Shown here: positions 26,727-32,000 of the stretch, piece by piece
How positions within the stretch are numbered: the first letter of the stretch is position 1
Layout: each line of letters begins with the position of its first letter
Source: Pseudomonas aeruginosa
Lineage (GTDB): Bacteria > Pseudomonadota > Gammaproteobacteria > Pseudomonadales > Pseudomonadaceae
NCBI RefSeq assembly: GCF_001457615.1
Contig: NZ_LN831024.1
Span: 3,180,001 to 3,212,000, forward strand
Direction: 5' to 3'
DNA: 32,000 nucleotides
Program-made: the position numbers and the translations under genes
The notes under the pieces: generated by a model
The model's input: the letters and a program-made list of their open reading frames with translations, nothing else
What the model was told of the DNA's origin: nothing
Databases searched by the model: none

Positions 26727-27761
26727 ATGCCCACTCCGCCCTGGTCTCCCCGCCGCAGCGCCATCAGCGCGCACCTGCTGATCCAGTTCGGCATCGACCG
26801 CGGCCTCGGCCTGGAGCAGTGCCTGGCAGGTAGCGGCCTGGATATCCGCCTGCTCGGCGATCCCTCCGGGGAAATCGACGCGGCCCAGGAACTGAGCGTA
26901 GTGCGCAACCTGGTCCGGCACCTGGGCGACGCCTGCGCGCCGGGCCTGGCGGCAGGCCTGCGCTATCACCTCAACGCCTACGGCATCTGGGGCTTCGCCC
27001 TGCTCAGCAGCCCGACCTTCCTCAGCGCCGCGCAACTGGGCCTGCGCTACCTCGACCTGACCTTCGCCTTCCATGGCATCCGCCTGGAGGTACACGACGA
27101 TGAAGCGCACCTGGTGCTCGACGACGCCGGCATTCCCGAGGACCTGCGGATTTTCCTCCTCGAACGCGACGCCGGTGGCGTGCTGCGCATCCAGCGCGAC
27201 CTCACCGGGCAGCGCCTGCCGATCCTCCGCGCCGGCTTCCGCCGCCCACCGCCCGCCGATCCCGCGCCCTACGTGCGCGAGCTGGGCCTGTGCCCGGCGT
27301 TCGGCCAGGCGGACAACCGGGTGGTCTTCGAACGGCGCTTCCTCGACCTCCCGCTGCCCGGCGCCAATCCAGAGGTGGCGCGCGCCTGCGAGGAGCAGTG
27401 CCGCGCCCTGCTCGCCCGCCGCCAGGTGCGCGGCGGTCTGGCCGGACGCATCCGCGACCGCTTGCTGAGGACGCCCGGCCACTTGCCGGACATGCAGACC
27501 CTGGCCATGGAACTGCACCTCACCGTGCGTACCCTGCGTCGCCGCCTGGACGACGAGGGCAGCAGCTACCGCCTGTTGCTCGACGAGGTGCGCCAGGCCC
27601 TCGCCGAAGAGCTGCTGGCCACCGGCGCGATTCGCCTGGAGGAGATCGCCGAGCGCCTCGGCTACGGCGAGGTGTCCAACTTCAGCCATGCCTTCAGGCG
27701 CTGGAAAGGCATGACGCCGCGCCAGTATCGCCAGCGGCGACGACTCGACGCGATGTCCTGA
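26727..27761 (+). CDS. AraC-family transcriptional regulator (Arabinose_bd N-terminal domain type)
   Basis: C-terminal LHLTVRTLRRRLDDEGSSYRLLLDEVRQALAEELLATGAIRLEEIAERLGYGEVSNFSHAFRRWKGMTPRQYR. Confidence 0.92.
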   Translation: MPTPPWSPRRSAISAHLLIQFGIDRGLGLEQCLAGSGLDIRLLGDPSGEIDAAQELSVVRNLVRHLGDACAPGLAAGLRYHLNAYGIWGFALLSSPTFLSAAQLGLRYLDLTFAFHGIRLEVHDDEAHLVLDDAGIPEDLRIFLLERDAGGVLRIQRDLTGQRLPILRAGFRRPPPADPAPYVRELGLCPAFGQADNRVVFERRFLDLPLPGANPEVARACEEQCRALLARRQVRGGLAGRIRDRLLRTPGHLPDMQTLAMELHLTVRTLRRRLDDEGSSYRLLLDEVRQALAEELLATGAIRLEEIAERLGYGEVSNFSHAFRRWKGMTPRQYRQRRRLDAMS

Positions 27762-27909
27762 GCCGCTCCGGGCTTATTCCACGAAGGCAGGACGCCAGCG
27801 CTCGATGTTCGTTTCGCCGCCGCCTGCCAGCGGCTAGATTGGCCGTTCACGCGCGGCATCCGGCGGCGCGGCAGCGGAGGCATCTCCGCTGGCAACGGGA
27901 GAACGACAC

Positions 27910-28755
27910 ATGGGTTGCCAGCAACACGCATGGCCGGCGCACGCGCCGGAGCAGGTCGAGGCCGAGGTCAACTATATCCGCGACAACGGCCAACGGCCGG
28001 TCGCCTACACCTATCCGGCCCCCGCCGGGACGCCGCAGCGCAGCGCGCTGTTGCAGCCGACCCGGGTGGCGATCCGCAATGCGCGTCTGCTGGCGCAACC
28101 GGCCAGCCTGGAGCGCGAGGGTTTCCAACTGGTGCGCGAGGCGAGCGCGGTGGGCGATTTCGAGGATGAAGCCCAGGTTCGTGAACGCTACTACCCGGAA
28201 AGCATCGCCCTGCTCCGCCGCCTGACCGGCGCCGCCGAGGCGGTGATCTTCGACCACACGCTGCGCGTCGACCAGGCCGGGCGCGAAGAACGCGGCCTGC
28301 GCGAACCGGTGCGCTACGTGCACAACGACCAGACCCTGCGCTCGGCGCCGCGCCGGGTCCGCGACCACCTGCCGGCGGAACGCGCCGAACGGCGCCTGGC
28401 CGGACGCTTCCAGATCGTCAACCTGTGGCGTCCGTTCGGCCACCCGGCGCAGCGCGCGCCGCTGGCGTTGCTGGACGCCCGCAGCCTGGCGTTCGACGAC
28501 CTGGTGGCCAGTGACCTGGTGTACCGCGACAAGGTGGGCGAAACCTACTCGGTCAAGCCCAACCCGGAGCACCGCTGGTACTACTACCCGCACCTGCTGC
28601 CGGAGGAAGCGCTGCTGCTGAAGATCTACGATTCGCGGGAGGACGCGCAGGCCCGCCTCGGCGCGCACACCGCCTTCGACGATCCCTGCACCCCGGCCGA
28701 TGCGCCGCCGCGGCAGAGTATCGAACTGCGTTGCCTGCTGTTCTTCGACGAATGA
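27910..28755 (+). CDS. CmcJ/NvfI-family putative oxidoreductase
   Basis: 281 aa; VNYIRDNGQRPVAYTYPAPAGTPQRSAL...VRYVHNDQTLRSAPRRVRDHLPAE...FQIVNLWRPFGHPAQRAPLALLDARSL resembles CmcJ-like proteins. Confidence 0.7.
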   Translation: MGCQQHAWPAHAPEQVEAEVNYIRDNGQRPVAYTYPAPAGTPQRSALLQPTRVAIRNARLLAQPASLEREGFQLVREASAVGDFEDEAQVRERYYPESIALLRRLTGAAEAVIFDHTLRVDQAGREERGLREPVRYVHNDQTLRSAPRRVRDHLPAERAERRLAGRFQIVNLWRPFGHPAQRAPLALLDARSLAFDDLVASDLVYRDKVGETYSVKPNPEHRWYYYPHLLPEEALLLKIYDSREDAQARLGAHTAFDDPCTPADAPPRQSIELRCLLFFDE

Positions 28756-28756
28756 G

Positions 28757-29713
28757 TCAGGCGGGGCGCAGGCTGATCCAGTAGTCGCTGTAGCGCAGCA
28801 CGCGGATCGGCAGGCTGCGTCCGAGCATGTCCAGGGACGTGTGCATGTCGTCCAGCGGGAACAGACCGCTGACGCGGTTGCCGGCGATCTCCGCGTCGAG
28901 CTGGAGGATGCCTGGCAGATAGGGCCGGAAGGCCTCCGCGACCCAGGCCAGGGAGCGGTCGTGGACCTCCAGCCAGCCGCTGGCCCAGGCATCCTCTCCG
29001 GCCTGCATCGGGCCCTGTTCGAGCAGGCCGCCGGCATCGAACAGCAGACTACGTCGTGCCGCCACCGCCAGCTGGCGTCCCTCACCGGTGGTCAGCCGCG
29101 CGCTGCCGCGCAGGGTCACCAGGCGGATCGCCCCGCGCTCCTCGGCCAGCAGCAGGCTGCCGCTGGCGCAGTCCACCCGTCCGGCGGCGCAGTCGAGGGC
29201 GAAGGCGCCGCGCGGGTCCTCCTTCACTTCCAGGCGCATCGCGCCGCGCCGCAGCTCCAGGCGCCGCTGGGCGCCGTCGAGCAGCGGTCGCGCCTTGCTC
29301 CGCGCGTTCAGGCGCAGGCGGCTGCCGTCGGCCAGCAACCAGTCGCGGCGCTCGCCGGTGCCGGTCGCCAGTTCGCCGGGCAGGCCCATGCCGGCCTGGA
29401 CCCAGCGCTCCAGGCCGGCGCCGCCGGCGAGCAGGACGAACAGCCCGAGGGCGCCGCCGACGAAGCGCCGGCGGCTCGACGGCTGCTCCAGGGCGCGCAG
29501 CACGGTAGCGCTCGGCTGGCCGCGCCAGGGCGAGTCCTGTAGCGGCGCGAGGCTGCCAAGCAGTTGCCGGAACACCTCGGCATGCTCGCTCGACAGCGCC
29601 TTCCAGCGTTCCAGGGCATCGCCCTCGGCGACGCTGAAGTCGCCGGATTGCAGGCGCACCATCCATTCGATGGCCTCCTCGACGATGCGTTGCCGTTCCG
29701 GCTTCTCGCTCAT
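28757..29713 (-). CDS. FecR-family anti-sigma / transmembrane sensor
   Basis: MSEKPERQRIVEEAIEWMVRLQSGDFSVAEGDALERWKALSSEHAEVFRQL...; typical FecR N-terminus, single TM GGALGLFVLLAGGAG. Confidence 0.9.
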   Translation of the reverse strand: MSEKPERQRIVEEAIEWMVRLQSGDFSVAEGDALERWKALSSEHAEVFRQLLGSLAPLQDSPWRGQPSATVLRALEQPSSRRRFVGGALGLFVLLAGGAGLERWVQAGMGLPGELATGTGERRDWLLADGSRLRLNARSKARPLLDGAQRRLELRRGAMRLEVKEDPRGAFALDCAAGRVDCASGSLLLAEERGAIRLVTLRGSARLTTGEGRQLAVAARRSLLFDAGGLLEQGPMQAGEDAWASGWLEVHDRSLAWVAEAFRPYLPGILQLDAEIAGNRVSGLFPLDDMHTSLDMLGRSLPIRVLRYSDYWISLRPA

Positions 29714-30219
29714 TCCTGGAATCCCCGGTAGCAGCAGTGCAAGGCATCCTTCATCAACTGGTGGATGCGCCCCAGGGACAATCCGAGGCGTTCGCCGATC
29801 TGCACGTAGGTCAGGCCTTCCAGCTGGCTCATCAGGAACACCGCGCGGGCCTGCCCGGACAGGCCGTCGAGCAGGCGGTCGATGGCTTGCAGGCTCTCGA
29901 TCAGCATCCACTGTTCGTGGGGCGACGGCTGCACCGCCTCCGGCGCCTCGGCGAGGATCTGCAGGTAGGCGCGCTCCAGGTCCTTGCGCCGCCAGCTCTC
30001 GTACATCAGGCGTTGCGCGATGGTCGCGAGGAACGCCCGCGGCGAGCGGATCGACGCCGGGTCGGGGAGCATCCAGACCTGCAGGAAAGCCTCGGCGGCG
30101 AGGTCTTCGGCGCTGTGGCTACAGCCGGTCTGGTAGGACAGCTTCTTGCACAGCCAGTCGTAGTTCTGCTGGAACAACTGGGCGATCAGGGTGTTCTTGA
30201 TGGAGCCTTGGCTATCCAT
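29710..30219 (-). CDS. ECF-family RNA polymerase sigma factor (FecI-like)
   Basis: MDSQGSIKNTLIAQLFQQNYDWLCKKLSYQTGCSHSAEDLAAEAFLQVW...LEGLTYVQIGERLGLSLGRIHQLMKDAL; 4-bp overlap with the fecR-like gene. Confidence 0.92.
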   Translation of the reverse strand: MDSQGSIKNTLIAQLFQQNYDWLCKKLSYQTGCSHSAEDLAAEAFLQVWMLPDPASIRSPRAFLATIAQRLMYESWRRKDLERAYLQILAEAPEAVQPSPHEQWMLIESLQAIDRLLDGLSGQARAVFLMSQLEGLTYVQIGERLGLSLGRIHQLMKDALHCCYRGFQE

Positions 30220-30321
30220 GGTAAGCGTTCGCTGCTGGCAGGCCACGCCACGGATAGCGGTAGTGAGCCTGGAGGTTGAGGAACGGCGCCCGGGGCTGTT
30301 CCCGTGGCGCACGGTAGGGAA

Positions 30322-31518
30322 TCAATCGAGGCGCTCCCGGCAGTCCGCCGTGCCCGCCGCCGGCCGCTGCGCGGACAGCCAGCCGCAGGCGGCGGCGCCG
30401 AGGATCAGCGCGGCGCCCCACCAGGGGAGCGCGCGCACCGCCACCTGGTCCACCAGGATCGCGCCGATGAAGGCGCCCAGGGCCACGCCCAGCTGGATCG
30501 CGCTGGTGTTGAGGCTGATCTGGATCGCCGCGGTGTCCGGGCTGAGTTCCACCAGGTATTTCTGGATCGCCGGCCCCGGCGCCATGTTGAACACGCACCA
30601 GAACACCACCGCGCCCAGCAGCAGCGGCAGGCCGCCGGTGGCGAACGGCAGCAGGACCAGGGCCAGTGCATGCAGGAGCAGGAAGGCGACGAAGGTGGCC
30701 GGCCCCGGCCAGCGGTCGGCGGCACGTCCGCCGAGCAGCGCGCCGAGGATGCCGCCGCCCCCGTAGACCAGCAGGACCAGGCTGATGGTCGGTTTGTCGA
30801 GGGCCATGCTGCCGACCAGGAACGGCACGATGTAGGTGTAGACGGTGAACTGGCCGGTCATCTGCAACAGCGATGCCAGGTGGGCGAACGGCACCCGGCC
30901 CCGGGCCAGCGCCCGCAGTTGCTCCGCCGGGGCGATGCCGGGCGCGCCGGGTATGGCCGGCAGCAGGCGCAGGAGCAGCGGCAGGCCGAGCAACGCGACC
31001 CCGGCGAGCAGCAGGAACAGGCTACGCCAGCCCCAGAACTCGCCGATCAGGGTGCCCAGCGGTACGCCCAGCACCAGTGAGGCGACGATGCCGGCAAACA
31101 CCAGGCCGATCGCCCGGCCGCGCCGTTCCGGTGCGACGATGGCCACCGCCAGGGTGATCGCCACCACCACAATGACCGAGGCACTGGCCGCCACCAGCAG
31201 CCGGCTCGCCAGCAACAGGGCGAAGCTCGGCGCGGCGGCGCTGGCCAGGTTGGCGCCGATGAACGCCAGCAGCGCGCCGGCCAGCAGGCGGCGGCGCTCG
31301 ATGCCGGCGCTGAGGTAGACCAGCAGCGGGCCGAGCAGCGCATAGACCAGCGCGTACAGGCTCATCAGCAACCCGGCCCGGCCCTGGCTGACGGCGAAAC
31401 TGGCGGCCAGTTCGTCGAGCACCCCGGCCACCACCAGTTCCACCGTGCCGACCACGAAGGCCAGCCCGGCCAGCAGCCAGACGCCCACCTCCGCCCTGCT
31501 CCGTTCAGTCTCGCCCAT
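30322..31518 (-). CDS. MFS transporter (drug/metabolite efflux-like)
   Basis: MGETERSRAEVGVWLLAGLAFVVGTVELVVAGVLDELAASFAVSQGRAGLLMSLYALVYALLGPLL; 12-TM pattern. Confidence 0.88.
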   Translation of the reverse strand: MGETERSRAEVGVWLLAGLAFVVGTVELVVAGVLDELAASFAVSQGRAGLLMSLYALVYALLGPLLVYLSAGIERRRLLAGALLAFIGANLASAAAPSFALLLASRLLVAASASVIVVVAITLAVAIVAPERRGRAIGLVFAGIVASLVLGVPLGTLIGEFWGWRSLFLLLAGVALLGLPLLLRLLPAIPGAPGIAPAEQLRALARGRVPFAHLASLLQMTGQFTVYTYIVPFLVGSMALDKPTISLVLLVYGGGGILGALLGGRAADRWPGPATFVAFLLLHALALVLLPFATGGLPLLLGAVVFWCVFNMAPGPAIQKYLVELSPDTAAIQISLNTSAIQLGVALGAFIGAILVDQVAVRALPWWGAALILGAAACGWLSAQRPAAGTADCRERLD

Positions 31519-32000
31519 GGCTGCGTGCCTCCCCGTCGATGGCATAGCGATAGCGCCCGAGCATGACCAGCAGCCCTGCCGCCACGCCGAACGCGCCGAG
31601 CAGGACCAGCGTCGAGCCCGCGTAGGAGCCCGCGCGGTCGTAGAAGTAACCCAGCAGCCAGGACCCCAGGCTGATGGCGATGGCGAAGGTGAAGGGCTGG
31701 ATCGAGCCATAGATCACGCTGAAATGGCGCAGGCCGAAGTAGCGGCTGACGAAGTACTGGGTGGTGCCGGTCTCGCCGCCGGCGCCCAGGCCGATCAGGA
31801 ACACCGCGCCCCAGAGCAGCGCCGGCGGTCCGCCAAGGAGCAGGAGCAGCAGCCCGAGCGCCGCCAGCAGGGCGAACGGCAAGGCGATGCGCGGGGTGTC
31901 GTAGCGGTCCAGCAGGTAGCCCAGCGCCGGTTGCGAAACGATCATGCCGACCCACAGCGCCGCCAGCACGTCGGTGGCGACTTCCCGCGACAGGCCGCGC
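31505..32000 (-). CDS. MFS transporter, C-terminal part (truncated by window edge)
   Basis: ...LWVGMIVSQPALGYLLDRYDTPRIALPFALLAALGLLLLLLGGPPALLWGAVFLIGLGAGGETGTTQYFVSRYFG; frame continues to the window edge, ends within the next gene (14-bp overlap). Confidence 0.8.
   Translation of the reverse strand, partial: RGLSREVATDVLAALWVGMIVSQPALGYLLDRYDTPRIALPFALLAALGLLLLLLGGPPALLWGAVFLIGLGAGGETGTTQYFVSRYFGLRHFSVIYGSIQPFTFAIAISLGSWLLGYFYDRAGSYAGSTLVLLGAFGVAAGLLVMLGRYRYAIDGEARSHGRD

Noticed and set aside
25012-26781. 589-aa plus-strand ORF antisense to the monooxygenase
   Set aside because: Compositionally biased shadow ORF. The BVMO fingerprint and Rossmann motif are on the minus strand.

Overview
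The window is a GC-rich Pseudomonas chromosome segment, very probably P. aeruginosa judging from gene order and protein content. Most of it is ordinary core metabolism and regulation: a membrane hydroxylase/SRPBCC fusion, LysR regulators, a DUF2855 protein, ada, a DUF1445 (D-glutamate cyclase-like) gene beside an MFS/OprD-porin/pxpABC 5-oxoproline cluster, a TPP enzyme, a four-helix Cys-rich copper-type protein, a Baeyer-Villiger monooxygenase/SDR/esterase operon with an AraC regulator, an ECF sigma/FecR pair and two MFS transporters. The stretch at about 16.4-23.2 kb is visibly less GC-rich. It holds the most interesting system: a tightly packed six-gene minus-strand operon (EamA exporter, JAMM/Mov34 protease, a MoaD/ThiS-like ubiquitin-fold + E1/MoeB + rhodanese triple fusion, a divergent cysteine-synthase-like PLP enzyme, a CysE-like acyltransferase, and an AlaX-type alanyl-tRNA editing protein). 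It is divergently transcribed from a MocR/GntR-aminotransferase regulator. It looks like a sulfur-carrier-protein route to cysteine or a cysteine-like amino acid. The carrier GG motif is buried inside the fusion and would need proteolytic release, plausibly by the adjacent JAMM protein. Two further observations stand out: a perfect 16-bp-arm palindrome carrying AAGCGCAAGA Ada-box-like sequences upstream of ada, and an Ada protein that has lost three of the four expected zinc-ligand cysteines of its N-terminal sensor domain.
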